A stretch of 63,770 nucleotides of DNA, counting the filler, from Piptocephalis cylindrospora (Eukaryota), in the NCBI GenBank assembly GCA_003614145.1. It is 3 parts of 3 records of this genome, joined end to end, with 100 filler letters (N's around TTAATTAATTAA, not from the genome) between each part and the next. Parts side by side here need not be neighbours in the genome. Positions count along the whole stretch, not along the records: positions 44,178 to 63,770 come from KZ987819.1; 2 more parts are not named here. One strand, given 5' to 3'. Positions within the stretch are counted from its first letter, which is position 1. Each line of letters starts with the position of its first letter. This document shows positions 46,047 to 59,035 of this stretch, one piece after another. Below the pieces are notes generated by a model, which saw only the letters and a list, made by a program, of their open reading frames with translations, was not told where the DNA came from and did no database searches. The position numbers and the translations under genes are program-made.

Positions 46047-49000
46047 CGCAAATAGACGGTGTGAGGTTGAGGGAGGGAGCAACGGGGGGGAGGAGTGGAG
46101 TGAGATTACGAGGAATTACCAGCCGAAAACCAAAGGCTGTTGAGATGTGGGATCAAGAAGATAGGCCCAATGGAGGAATGGAAGCGAATGAGGACAGAGG
46201 GCGTCGTATCGCTGCGAACAAAGGATGGGAAGAGGAGGCACTGACGTGAAACGGAAAAGAGATGAAGATAGGGTGTGGAGAGAGAGAGACCGGCGGAAAC
46301 GGGGGGGGAGGTAGAAGATCCGAGCGAGAAAACTCTGTTGGTGGAAGGAGAGGTGGTATCCGGGATCAGACTTGGATGACGGGGAACAACGAAAGGAGGG
46401 GATCCGAGCTATGTGGGGCTTTCTTGAAGCTGACAAGCAAGGGGAGGAAGAGGAGGAAGCGAGGGAGGGAGACGTAGCGTGGACGACACGGAATTCAATG
46501 GCTCGGGATCAAGATTGCAACGGGGAGGAAAGGGAGGGGGTCAAGGTCAATCAGTCTCTGCAAGATGTCTGGCGTGTGTGTATGAGAACCAAATGTGGAG
46601 GGATGAGGGGAAGGGAGAGGGATGGAGATGGAGGCCGTAGAAGAACAAATGATATGGGAGGGGAGGGGAGGGGGAAGGGAAAGAAACGTTGGCCTGAGTG
46701 AGAGGGGAAGTGGGAAGGAGGGGGCAATGAATGAAGAGGGGAAGGAGGAGGGAGGAGAGGACGTTGACGGGAGGGTGGAAAGGGGTTGAAACAAGGGCAA
46801 GGCCAGTTTGAGAGGAGGAAGTGGTGTGGAAGGAGGAAGGAAGGGCAAGGCCGAAGACAGGATGGAAAAAAAGGGTTGAGGGTTTCGGACCTCAAGTACC
46901 CTTTCCGTCCTGGAGGGGGAAGTGAGTATCGCCCTGACCTCTGCTTTCCCCGCCCCCACATACGGAGCTGAGGGGGGCGGGGGGGCGGGGATACAGGAGT
47001 GGAGGGGCCTGGCACCCGTCCTCTTCTCTCTCCCCTGCTACTGTTGGGGCGGAGGACAGGGCAGGGCAGGGATGGAACCAATTCATCTGGGGCCCTCATC
47101 CAACCTCTCCCCACATGCTCCTTCTACTGGAATGGGCGATGAAGAAGAGGGTATTTCGGTGGATATTGTTCAAGGGATTGGCCCAATGCCAAGGTTTCCC
47201 CACTTCATCCTAGTATGAAGAGGACGATGATGGTGAAGGGATGTGCTCCGAAGGATTGGACGAGTTCATCCCCAATACTCTCATCCCAGACACTCGCCCT
47301 TATTTCTCTAACCCTGCCTGGAGTCCAACTCCGACAAATCGACATCTTGATCTTGATGGTCTTGGATAGAAAAGGAAGCAATCCACGTGGATGTGGCTAC
47401 AATGACAGGCTGAGAGGCCTTCTGCTGGTATCTATCACGTTTCTTGCCCGTTCCCATCCAAGGTAAGGTTTTAGTTCAACGGATGCTTTGGCGATGAGGA
47501 TGGGAAAGAAGGTAGGAGAACTCCCTTTTGCCGCTTAAGCGGATACTCCCTGCCTTGCAGTATTCCATTCCCAAGCCAACAGCATCTCCATGTCTGTGTG
47601 GTTGTATGCTATTTCAAGAGACGCTGCAGTGCCCTTCTCTGAAGAGGATGCCCTAGAGGCGCCACAAGGGCCGATCAAGGATGCATAGCTTCCACACGTA
47701 TGTGCATGCTACCTTTGAAGAATACGCCTCATGGCACATCGTATCATTTGAGCATGACAGCAGAGCCAGCCTAGAGTGTGCTTTTCCGTCCCCTTCTTCT
47801 TTCTAGTCAAATTCCTCCAGCCATTCATTGTGTCGCAGTAGAGGATCTACTCTCCATCCCCCTCAAAGGACCTTGCCATCCTTCTCCTCCTCACACGCAA
47901 CCTGCATGATCATGTCTTGCTTGGCCATGAGCCGGATGGGACCGTCGAGGACACACGTCCCCCTCTCCCCTCATGCCCACTTGACCACACTCCACGACCA
48001 ATAAGCTGGTGTTGGCTGCTTGATACGTGTTCTTTATTCTTCCTCCCTCCTTTTTATCCTAGCCAAGGGATTGGCGGTGGTGAGCGGGTCTGTCCCTCAT
48101 TGTCCCCCTCCCAGGATATCGCAGTGCCAGGTCTTTGATCCCCCTTAGCGGCTCAATTCAGCAGCCGTCAGCGGATGCAAGGTGCTCTTCACTTCCCCTG
48201 GCTGGTCGGGTACCCTGACCTGGTTCCTCTTGTGCCCCCATTCATTTGGTAGCTCATTCTAGTACCCAGCCCATCCCTTCATTACAATCTCCGAAAGAGC
48301 CGTACATACACGCACCTTTTTAAGGCACCTTACTGAGGAGGGTTAGTCGGTCGACACGACGGACTTTGAAGCGGTGTCTTAATCATCCCTTCCCTCCTCC
48401 TCTCCTCACCACCACCACCCTCTCCGCCCTCCTCACCTCCTCTCCTTCCCTCCCATCGATCCATCGCCACCCACCCTACTCGTATTATTAGGTATTACCA
48501 GTAAGTCGACCTTGTCTCTCACTCTCATCTTCTCCTACCTCTCTTTTCTCTTTTCCCTCTCTTTCTCTTCACCCTCCCCCTCTCCCCTCCACATCCTCCA
48601 TTCGTGTGGGCCATTTCCCCCATTGTGCTCCTCGACTTGTTCCCGCCCTACCCTTTTTCCATCTACTACTTCGATTTCTGTTTGATCCACCGGGCCTCGC
48701 GCAAACTGCCTGGATCCCTCCCTCTTTCCCTCCCTCCCTCGACTCTCCTAGTGAGAATCTCACCCATCCTGCTACCACTCACTTGAAACATACCTTCTCT
48801 TTCCTGTTTTCAATCCTCCCTCCCTTCCCCATCCCCAGCTCGTCTATCCCTCTTTTACATCTCTTCTTTTTTTGTCGTTTTCTCTTGCTGACCATCCTCC
48901 TTTCCCCTCCATTGTTGCCGCGTGTGTCTCGTCCGTCACACTACACCCCTCCAACTACATTGATTTGAAAGGTGCTGGTTACTTTTCCGCCCGCTGGACC

Positions 49001-49179
49001 CCCCCCCCCCCTTCTTCACCCTCTCGTTGGACCTCCCCTAATCGTCCTCAACGTCCACTTTGTTCAGATTGGGAGCCCCCTACTCTCCCTCTAGTCCCCT
49101 CCTGTGCCCCTCGCCACCATCGGCTAGTAATTTCTAATCTCTCCTTTCTCCTCAACCCTACCCCAAATCATCTCGATTG

Positions 49180-51010
49180 ATGATGCAGTGGGTCTCCCCC
49201 CCTTACCTCCACTGCCTACTGGCCCTGGTCCTCTTGCTTTCCGGGTCAGTTCAGGCCCTGCTCAACATCACCATTGGCAACATCTCCATGCCCATGCTGA
49301 CCCTGGACTACTTCCAGTCGAATTATCCCGTCTACGCTCTCACCAATGCCTACGTTCTTCCCATGTCCTTCAACGCCTCCAAGGCCGACTGCACCTTCAT
49401 TTCCCCATCTGTGGAGATAAACAATCGCGCCCCCTCCCCAATCTCCTCGCTTACCCATTCCTTTGCCGTTATCCCTCCCGGCATGGCCAATGCCGCTGGG
49501 TGTCACACCATTGCCCAGACCTCCGAGGCTGTCGCCCAGTATAATGACAGGGTCATCGCAAGAGGCTTCCCCCCCATCTCTGTCCTTCTCTACTTCTCCC
49601 CTTTTCTCGTTAAGGGGGTCGTCGGTGGACCCCTTTCCGAGGAGTACCTCAGTCATAAAGTAGGCATTTCGGACGGGGTCCCTTCCCTACGTACCGTCAT
49701 TCTCTATCCGACCGACTATGTCGCTCTCTCCAATGTATCCGTCGCTTCCCAGGGCCGGTCCCTTGCTACTGCGGTGCTTACTCAGGGTAAGAGCTTCTGA
49801 AGGAAAAGCGTACTTCCTCTGCCTCCTCGTACATTTACCTCGTCTCATCCCCTCTCTCCCAGATATCGGTCCATGGAACGCCGTCTTCCAATCTTCCAGC
49901 TATGTTGCCTACACCTGGATCCTCTTCACCATCAACTTGGCCCTGGTCATCTACGCCACCTGGAGACTTCTCCTCCTCACCCTCAATGGCTACTTCCGCT
50001 TCGACCTCCGTACCGCCGTTTTCCTTCTCGGCTTGGTCTCCGCTGTATTTGTCGTCATCATGATCCCGATGCGTCGTCAGACCTATGCCTACTTTCTCCT
50101 CCAGCAGATTTCCACTTTCCTCTTCTCCTGTGGCTTCTACTTCCTTCTCCTCCTTTGGTCCGGCGTTCTCTCCCGTGTCCAGGTCGATCGTTCCTTTGCT
50201 CCCTTCCGTATGATGATCTACTTTTGCCTCTTCACCTCCTTCTACACCATGATCCTCGGCCTCGTCTGGCTCAACATCTGGCCCAACAGCAGCATCGGTA
50301 CCGCCCGCTCTATTTCCCGTATCTGGATCCCGGCCTCCCAGGCTGGCATTGCCATCATCTTCCTCATCTACGCCGTTCGTTTTAACATGCGTCGCCATGA
50401 TTACAATGCCTCCAAGGACACACGAAGGGCCCTCACCAAATTGGCTAAACTCTCCGTCGCCGGCTTCTCCTCCTTCATTATGGTCTCTGCCGTCAACGTT
50501 GCCCTCGGTCAAAACGCCGTTATTAGCAATGTTGGCTCCGTCGCCGCTGGTTGGGTCGTCATCGACATCTCCTCCCTCATCCGGGGTGGCGCCATCCTCC
50601 TGGTTCTCGATGTTAAGCTTCCCTCAGCTTCCTCCGTCGGTACCTCCTCCAGCCAGAACAACCAAGGTTATAGCGGTAGCAGCTCCGGCGGTTGGGGCGG
50701 GTGGAGTCGAGGCTGGAAAAAGGCCCTGTTCCGCAATACCTCCTCCACCGATTATCGCTCCCATAACTCCAAGGGCGAGAACACCAGGCATCCTGACTAT
50801 TATGCCGGGGCTGACAGTAGTTTTGCAGGCCAGTATACCTCATACGGCGGCTCCCAGCATGGTGCCGACAGTAAAGATACCACCACCTCCTACTCAGCCA
50901 ACCATGTGGGCCAAGCTAGTGTGGGTGCTGGTTCCGCGGCCTCTCATGATGATTATCCTGCCCAAAATCCCCAGAGAGTCTACCTTCGATCGGAGGCACC
51001 TATGCTTTAG
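49180..51010 (+). CDS. Signal peptide + extracellular domain + seven-TM receptor-like protein
   Basis: Exon 1 (49180 to about 49786) encodes a signal peptide and a N-glycosylation-site-rich domain with a Cys pair. After an intron ending near 49862, exon 2 encodes seven hydrophobic helices and a Ser/Gly-rich tail. Codons are strongly C-ending. Confidence 0.8.
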
Positions 51011-51385
51011 TCCATCATCTCTCTATGTCTCTTTCCTTTCCTTCTTCCTCCCCTCCTCCCTTGCCTTCCCTCCTTTTTCGTCATTTTCTCCCTTTCTTCT
51101 GCCCCTCTTTCTTCCCCATTTCCGTAATATACAATGGGGTTTTCCGCTTACATGGTCTTCCTTGTGCTTGAATGAGCATCGGTGATGCCAGATGGGAGCC
51201 TTTTCAATTTGGGGATAGACTCATGCTTCATTCTATGCATCGTTGCATTTTAATTCATTCTTTTCTTGCAAAATGGACATGTATTTTACATTAGAGCCCA
51301 TGCAGCGTCGTTGCATTTTAACAACATAAACATAAACCATGTATACTCATCATCATCAAGAACCGTCCAGGCGAGTGACCATGCC

Positions 51386-51457
51386 AGCAGCGTAGCGCAG
51401 AGGAAGCGCGCGGGGCTCATAACCCCGAGGTCGGAGGATCGAAACCTCCCGCTGCTA
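51386..51457 (+). tRNA. Initiator tRNA-Met (CAT)
   Basis: Cloverleaf: acceptor AGCAGCG/CGCTGCT (A1:U72), D-stem GCGC/GCGC, anticodon stem CGGGG/CCCCG with loop CTCATAA, T-loop ATCGAAA (A54/A60, eukaryotic initiator signature). TTTT about 10 nt downstream. Confidence 0.97.
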
Positions 51458-51588
51458 CTTCATCTCCTTTTGATCTCCCTCCCCCGAGAGGATGGGATGT
51501 TCTCTGCCCTCTCCCCCAAAAAATACCCGCAGATCTATTTCCAAGCAGCACGAATCCATTATTTATTTCTAGCCAGAAAGCGGACACC

Positions 51589-53301
51589 TCATAATAGGCC
51601 TTGACGCTTCAAATCCTGATAGGTTTTCCGGCTAAAGACATTCCCAGCAGCATCCTCAAACTCCTCAGCCGCATCGTCCATCTGGCCCTCCGATCGCTTT
51701 TGTCGACGAAGTTTCTCCTGCATGGTCTTGGCATCCTCGATACTCGTGATATCGTGGTAAGTGCGGGAATTGGTGATGCCAAGGCACCGAAGGCCATTGG
51801 AGTGTCGGTGCTCCTGAAAGTGCTTCTCAAAGGCTTTACGTCCCTGGTAGGAATGGCCTCCACAGATCTCGCACGTATAGTCTACGCTTAGACCATGCAG
51901 ACGATAAAGCCAGTAGGGAATGGGCTTTCCATCCCATCCTAGAGGGAGTTTGAGAGGGTTGTATATGGCATCAGAATCTCCACCAGCCCTCCGCTCCGCT
52001 CCTTCCTTCTCCTCTTCGTCTTCGAGGGCCGCTTCTGGATCCTCCATGCCTGGATCATGGGCCGAAGACCCACGGAAGATTGCTGCATCCGCAGCTTCCA
52101 TCTCTGCAATTTCTGCTTGCCTTTCGGCTTCTGTTAGGACTTGCTTCCGCTCCACATTAGCCTTAGTGGCCTCCCTTTGCGGGGTGAGAACCTGGGCATA
52201 TCGTTGGACCAGAGCCTCATTCAGGGCAATGTCCCGCTTCTTGAGCTTGTCCGTTTCAGCTTCAGCCTTGGCCTTGAAGATCTTTTTCTTCGCTTCTTGG
52301 CCTCCTTCTGCAGCAATGGCATTGACAACACGTTTGTGCTTTTTCGAGGCTACATGGGAGTCAAACACCGTCTGTTTTGCAAATTGCTTCTTACCTGTTC
52401 GAAGTGGGGGAGATGAGTAAATAGATCCCCAAGAATCCGTCTTTTCCTATCCAAAATGACTTACAGGGAGTGCAGTATAGGGAGGGGTCCGAAGAGGAGG
52501 TATCCTGATGCGAGAGCTCCTCACATACCTTTTCCCACCCTGGGACAGTGCCTGCGGCCCATCGGTCGGTAAAGGAGGCTTCTACCTCTTCCTGAATCTC
52601 TTGGGTATCCAAGAGAGGCTGAGTACGCTGAAGAAAGCTCTCCAAATATTCCCGGACCCCTTTAACGTATTTCGCGTAGCTCTCTCCCTTTTCTGAGGCG
52701 GAGATGGTGTCCAGTCGATCAAATGCATCCAGGTAATGAAGATAATCCACCTTCTTAACCCCGTGCAGGTTCATCATCTGATCGTGCAGGGTATGCATGT
52801 CGAGAAAACGACCATTAGCTTCCTCTCCGGAGAATTGAGATCGAATCTCCTGGAGGAGATGGAGGCGTCTATCCTCGTTCATGACTAGATCAGCACCAAC
52901 ATACTCGGGGACCTGACCTGGGTGTTGTCGGTGCCGCTCCTTGACCTCCCGAAGTCGCGAGTAGAACTCGGTAAAGGCATCCTCTGGTCCCGGGGAGCCC
53001 CGGATGGTGGATATTTCGGCCTCTAGTGTCCCCGCGAGGTCTGCGTATGTCTGGGAGGCCCGATCAGCACGACGAGCAGCCCGATCAAGGAGGGATTTGA
53101 TGCGGTGGTCATGGAAGAGTCGGTCGCCGTACTATTCATAGATCGGTCATGATGGTTGGTTAGTGGGTGATCAGGGGAGATACCCTTGGTTGGATGAATA
53201 CTCACTGTTCGTGGTTCGGTAGCAAACTCGGCCACGATGGCGTCCTCGATACACTCGAGCTCCTCATGGGCCCGACGTTGATCCTCAAGCAGAGATTGCA
53301 T
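51589..53301 (-). CDS. PRP9: U2 snRNP splicing factor SF3a60 (PRP9/SF3A3)
   Basis: Exons 53301-53206, 53131-52465, 52394-51589. FSGEEANGRFLD, YNPLKLPLGWDGKPIPYWLYRLHGL, CEICG..FEKHFQEHRH and TYQDLKRQGLL. Confidence 0.95.
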
Positions 53302-53713
53302 CACACCTGACAAGAAATGAGGGGCAAGGTGGGTGAAGGGGAAAGGGATTGGGGAAAGCAGGGTTAGGCTACTAAGCTGGTGAAGCGGCTTGTGTAGTTT
53401 CTTTTGTTGAACGTTGAAATTCTCGATGGAAGGGGAGGTCACTAGCTACCACGTATCTTCCAATACTCTGCAGGGTCCTTGGCTTGCCTACTCAGGGTGG
53501 ATATACTCGGTTGATAGCTACAGGCATTGAAAACGGATGGAAATTGGTAAATGTTTTCACATATTTTCAGACAGGAATCCTCAAAGCAAAAGAAGAGGAC
53601 CAAAGCCTGGCAGTGCTTCTTCAGGCCCTCTCCATCCTCCTCCTCCTTTCTCCCTTGCCCTCGTCCTTCTCCCATTCCCCTCTGCCCTCCTCTTCCCTAC
53701 CTGATTCCTCATC

Positions 53714-55075
53714 ATGTCCTTTGATCATCGCAGGGATGCCAAGATCCGGTTTGAAACGAGTGATAGCGTCAAGGTGGCGGCCAACTTTGAGGATATGAAC
53801 CTCAAGGATGACCTGCTACGCGGGATCTACGCGTATAACTTTGAGAAGCCATCAGCGATCCAGCAGCGGGCCATTATGCCGATCACCTCTGGACGGGATG
53901 TGATTGCTCAGGCACAGTCGGGGACGGGTAAGACGGCGACATTTGCCATCTCGATGCTCCAGTCCATCGACACGGCCGTACGGGAGACGCAGGCTTTGGT
54001 GCTATCGCCGACACGGGAGTTGGCGACGCAGATCCAATCAGTAGTCCTAGCACTAGGTGATTATATGAACGTGCAGTGCCATGCGTGCATTGGAGGCACG
54101 AGTGTAGGGGAGGATATCCGGAAATTGGATCATGGGCAACATGTGGTGAGTGGGACGCCCGGACGAGTGTTTGACATGATCCGGAGGAGGAACCTGAGGA
54201 CGCGGAATATGCGGATGCTGATCCTGGATGAGGCGGACGAGCTGTTGAATCTCGGGTTTAAGGATCAGATCTACGACATTTACCGACACTTGCCGCCCTC
54301 CACACAAGTAGTGTTGCTGTCGGCGACGCTCCCGCAGGATGTTTTGGAGATGACGAGCAAGTTTATGAACGATCCGATTCGGATTCTGGTGAAGCGGGAT
54401 GAATTAACGTTGGAGGGGATCAAGCAATTTTTCGTGGCGGTGGAGCAGGAGGAGTGGAAGTTTGACACGCTTTGCGATTTGTACGACACGCTCACGGTGA
54501 CGCAGGCGGTTATCTTTGTTGGGAAGCGACAAAAGGTGGATTGGCTGACGGAGAAGATGCGCGAGGCCAACTTTACCGTGAGCAGCATGCACGGGGAGAT
54601 GCCTCAGAAGGTCCGGGATGAGATTATGCAAGAGTTCCGCCAGGGAAAGAGGTAAAAAGAGGGCTGGGATGGATGGATGGGGGTAGCTTCCATCCCAATG
54701 AAACTCACTCATCCCCCCACCCTTAGCCGTGTCCTCATCACGACGGATGTCTGGGCCCGCGGTATTGATGTGCAGCAAGTGTCGTTGGTAATTAACTACG
54801 ATTTGCCCAATAACCGTGAGTTGTACATCCATCGGATTGGTCGATCGGGGCGATTTGGACGAAAGGGCGTGGCCATCAACTTTGTCAAGCTGGACGATGT
54901 CAAGATCCTTAGGGACATTGAGCAGTACTACTCGACACAAATTGATGAAATGCCAATGAATGGTAAGCTGAGATGGTTTTTTGCTAGAAGCTTCCTGTGT
55001 CTCATCTTACTCACCTCCTCTTTGTCTACTATGGAATTGTTATTCACGCCACGTCTAGTGGGAGAGTTGATTTAA
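53714..55075 (+). CDS. FAL1: DEAD-box RNA helicase eIF4A-III / FAL1
   Basis: Exons 53714-54651, 54727-54962, 55059-55075. [47 protein letters not shown] and [13 protein letters not shown]. Confidence 0.95.
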
Positions 55076-55985
55076 TTGATGAATGAGTGATTTCATGTGT
55101 GGATGTGAAGAGAATACAGTTTTCCCCAAGGAGCTGGATGGATTGATCCTTCTAATGGACCTTCTCACTTAGTAGAAAAGGTAATGGTGGGCCATTCTTC
55201 CCTATGGGAACGACTTGATCTTCCTTATCCAGAAAGCCATTACGTGTCGGCCCCCTCTTCCCATCGACACTCTAGACCGGCAGGGTCTAAAGGATGATAC
55301 TATCACTCTCACACGAAGGACAGGATATCATTGTCAATCATTTCATCCACATTTTAAACCCATTTATAAAAGAGGGACCCGTAAATCTCAAACAAATACC
55401 ATCCATCATTAATCTCTGCTGGCTGTGTGGGAGGCATAGGAAGGCGTTGTCAGGGGAGGAATAGATAAGAGGCTACTTTTGGGGCGCGTGTGCCCTACAG
55501 CCTGAGACCTGTTGGGCCCAATGGGAAGGGAGAAAAGGTCGAGTAAGACTGCTCTGTGTGCCACCCTAGCCTTTCACTTCACCTCACTTCACCCCGCCTA
55601 ATCATCCCTCCCTCTGACACCGGCTGTGTGTGCGTTACATGGATGGATGGACGCGACGAGATCCATTACGTAAATGGTACAGTGGGCGGTGTATAGAGAT
55701 ACGCGTAGCCTAAACGCCATATCATTCTCTTTCGCACACTCAAGGCACTACTGGAGAATGGTGGTGAAGCGGTCAGGTAGAGGTTCTCATTCCCCCTCCT
55801 CATCTCAGTTGTCTTGGCCGCGCGCCCCAGGAATGACACACGTTCGCTCGGCTATAAAGAGAGAGTCGCGCGCTTGGATATGGACTTTCCCCCGCCCTTA
55901 TCCATCTTTCTTCCCTCCTCTCCCACACCTTCTCCTTTCCCCTTTCTTACCTTTTTCTTTCTGCTACACCACACCACATCACACC

Positions 55986-57555
55986 ATGTCTTCTGATACT
56001 GGAATGTAAGCCACTCGTGCGGATCGGTCTTCTCCTATATCTTCTCCCTTGACGATGAAGAGACCAGTCCCAAACTCACCGCCTCCGCCTCCTTCTTCCC
56101 TACCCCATTAGTGCCGATTTTGGCCTGATTGGCCTGGCTGTCATGGGCCAAAACCTCATCCTCAATATGAACGACCACGGATTTAAGGTCTGCGCCTACA
56201 ACAGGACCGTCTCCAAGGTCGACCATTTCCTGGCCAACGAAGCCAAAGGCACCGAGATTGTCGGAGCTCACTCCGTGGAGGAGCTTTGCCGGAAGCTCAA
56301 GAGGCCTCGGAAGATCATGCTCCTTGTAAAGGCCGGTGCCCCCGTCGATGACTTTATCTCTCAACTTCTTCCCCATCTGGAAAAGGGGGACATCATCATT
56401 GATGGAGGCAACTCCCACTTCCCCGACACTATCCGTCGGTGCCAGGAAATCGAGGCCAAGGGCCTCCTCTACGTTGGATGCGGTGTGAGCGGGGGAGAGG
56501 AAGGAGCCCGGTACGGGCCTTCCCTCATGCCCGGAGGATCCCCGGATGCCTGGCCTCATCTCAAGCCCATCTTCCAGGCCATTGCCGCCAAGGCCGATGG
56601 GGAGCCGTGCTGTGACTGGGTGGGCGAGACCGGAGCTGGACATTACGTCAAGATGGTCCACAACGGCATCGAGTACGGAGATATGCAGATGATCAGCGAG
56701 GCCTACGCCCTTCTCCACGGAGCTCTTGGCCTCTCCTACGATGAGATGGGCAAGATCTTCGATGAGTGGAACCATGGAGAGTTGGATTCCTTCCTCATTG
56801 AGATTACCCGAGACATCATGCTGTACAAGGACACAGATGGGAAGCCCCTGGTTGAAAAAATTCGGGACACGGCCGGGCAAAAGGGAACTGGAAAATGGAC
56901 CGCTATCTCGGCCCTGGATCATGGAATTCCCGTGACCTTGATTGGCGAGGCCGTCTTCTCCCGGTGCCTCTCCTCCCTCAAGGATGAACGGACCCGGGCT
57001 AGCAAGATTCTTGCGGGCCCATCCACTTCAGCCAGGTACCAGGGTGACTCGAAGAAGTTCATCCATGCCATCGGCAAGGCTCTGTACGCCTCCAAGATCA
57101 TCTCGTACGCCCAGGGCTTTATGCTCCTGAGGCAGGCGGCCAAGGAGAAGGGCTGGCATCTAAACTATGGCGGTATTGCCGTCATGTGGAAGGGTGGATG
57201 CATCATTCGCAGTGCCTTCCTTGGCGATATCAAGGATGCGTACCGGAAGAATCCCGATCTCGAGTCCCTTCTCTTTGACCCATTCTTCCAAAAAGCCATT
57301 GCCGGGGCTCAGGAGAACTGGAGGGAGGTGGTGTCCCAGGCCGCCCTCCTCGGTATCGCCACCCCAGCCATGTCCACTGCTCTATCCTTCTACGATGGGT
57401 ACCGGACCGAGCGCCTCCCCGCCAACCTCCTCCAGGCCCAGCGGGATTATTTTGGCGCCCATACCTACGAGCTCCTGGAGAAGCCCGGCACCCACATCCA
57501 CACCAACTGGACGGGTCGTGGAGGCGATGTGTCTTCCTCTAGTTACAATGCTTAA
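55986..57555 (+). CDS. GND1: 6-phosphogluconate dehydrogenase, decarboxylating
   Basis: Exons 55986-56005 and 56112-57555. GLAVMGQNL, GVSGGEEGARYGPS, KMVHNGIEYGDMQ and QAQRDYFGAHTY. TATAAA near 55853. Confidence 0.97.
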
Positions 57556-57828
57556 AGCATTGTGTATGTTGTGAAGAGGATAAGGATCAAGTGAGATAAA
57601 AAGAATGATTGATGGATATCTAATGCTCGACGATGATGATGGTGATGCTGTTGTGTGAAAGAGGATTTTCTCTGTTCATCCTTACAGCAAAGGATATATA
57701 CGTATATGATGTAGACACAAGGGCATATAAGTCGAGTTTGCATCGTATTCTCTCTCTCCCTCTCTGCTATGCATTACAAGAGGATAAGGAGAGAAGGGAA
57801 TGGTGGCGATCCATTGTGAAGCCATCTC

Positions 57829-58194
57829 CTAAGCAGCCGTCTCTTGTCCAGGGAAGCACTGGTCAAAGGTGGAGCTGTGCTTGTTGGACGCATGCTCCTC
57901 CAGAGCCTTCTTCCGCACCGTACACAGGAATGTGTTGCGGCACTTTTCGCAGATGATGGTCTTGGCGGCTTCGTTCTACAGATCGGGAGAATAAGTTGAC
58001 ATGTCGAGACTATCAGATCATAACAACCCCTCCTTACCGTCTTCTTTTGGCTGGTGTTACCAGCCTTCCTGGCCGCTTCCTTGGCGTTGCGATCGCGCCT
58101 AGTCTGAGCCTTTTGACCCTGTTGGCGCCGAGGAGGAGTAAGCAAAGAGAGGGCACGAGTCAAGATGCTATATAAAATGACCTACGTTACCCAT
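57829..58194 (-). CDS. Small conserved 4F5/C2H2 zinc-finger protein (At2g23090/ZNF706-like)
   Basis: Exons 58194-58186, 58118-58038, 57975-57829 give MGNGQKAQTRRDRNAK..NEAAKTIICEKCRNTFLCT..LEEHASNKH..FDQCFPG. Confidence 0.85.
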
Positions 58195-59035
58195 AGTGTG
58201 TGCTGTTGTGCTGGTGAAAAGTTCTGAAACCCGGAGAGGGGATGAGGAGAAGGACTGAAAGAAGGGAAAAAGGTATACTGTAAGATGAAGGAAAAGAGGA
58301 AGCAAAAGCGTGATGGGGGGAGAGAGAGAGCGAGAGGGGGGGCTGGTACGTCCTTATAACAGGAGAACCGGAGGTGTGATCAAGGAGGCTTCACTTGGTA
58401 GCCAAATGGTAGTTCATGTATGGGAAGTGGTACATACCTGGTTTTTAATGTGTGTGAATGCCAAAGGGAATCAATGTGCGGGAGTGGCCACGAGACAAGA
58501 ATATATCCCGGCCAGAAATGGCTTTATATACGACGAAAGGGTATGGAATCCTATTCTTTCGCAATGGAAACCTTTGGATAGGACTGCTCAAGACATAAGG
58601 GCAGAAATTGCACCGGCAGGCCCCACCAACTTGATCTTGGATACGTTGGCAAAAAACTGGTTAATTCATCCAAGCGCTTTCCCCACGTATCCATCATCAT
58701 CAAGATGTATGCGGCCATCAAAGCCATCATCTTTGATGGGAGAGGATCCCTGGAAGATCTCACGTCTGATCATCCTTGTCCTCCTACCAGCTGTCTCTTC
58801 CCGTGGGGATTCTCCATCCATCACCTCCGCTGGGCGTAGCTCAGTTTATATCAGGGGGGGTCAACAGACCCACAGTGGAGATGACGCCCAAGTCATCCTT
58901 ATTCCCTCTTCACCCTCCAACCTTCCTCGTCTTACTCTTTCAGTGGATACTTGCCCTTGCTTTATGACCCTCTAGCCTGGTCCTTTTCCCTTCCTTGTAC
59001 CCCATACTGTCATCTGATTACGTTCAATATCCAGG

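Noticed and set aside
57553..57580. Cryptic peroxisomal readthrough extension of GND1
   Set aside because: The stop is TAA without the TGA-CTA context, and no PTS1-like tripeptide follows in frame.
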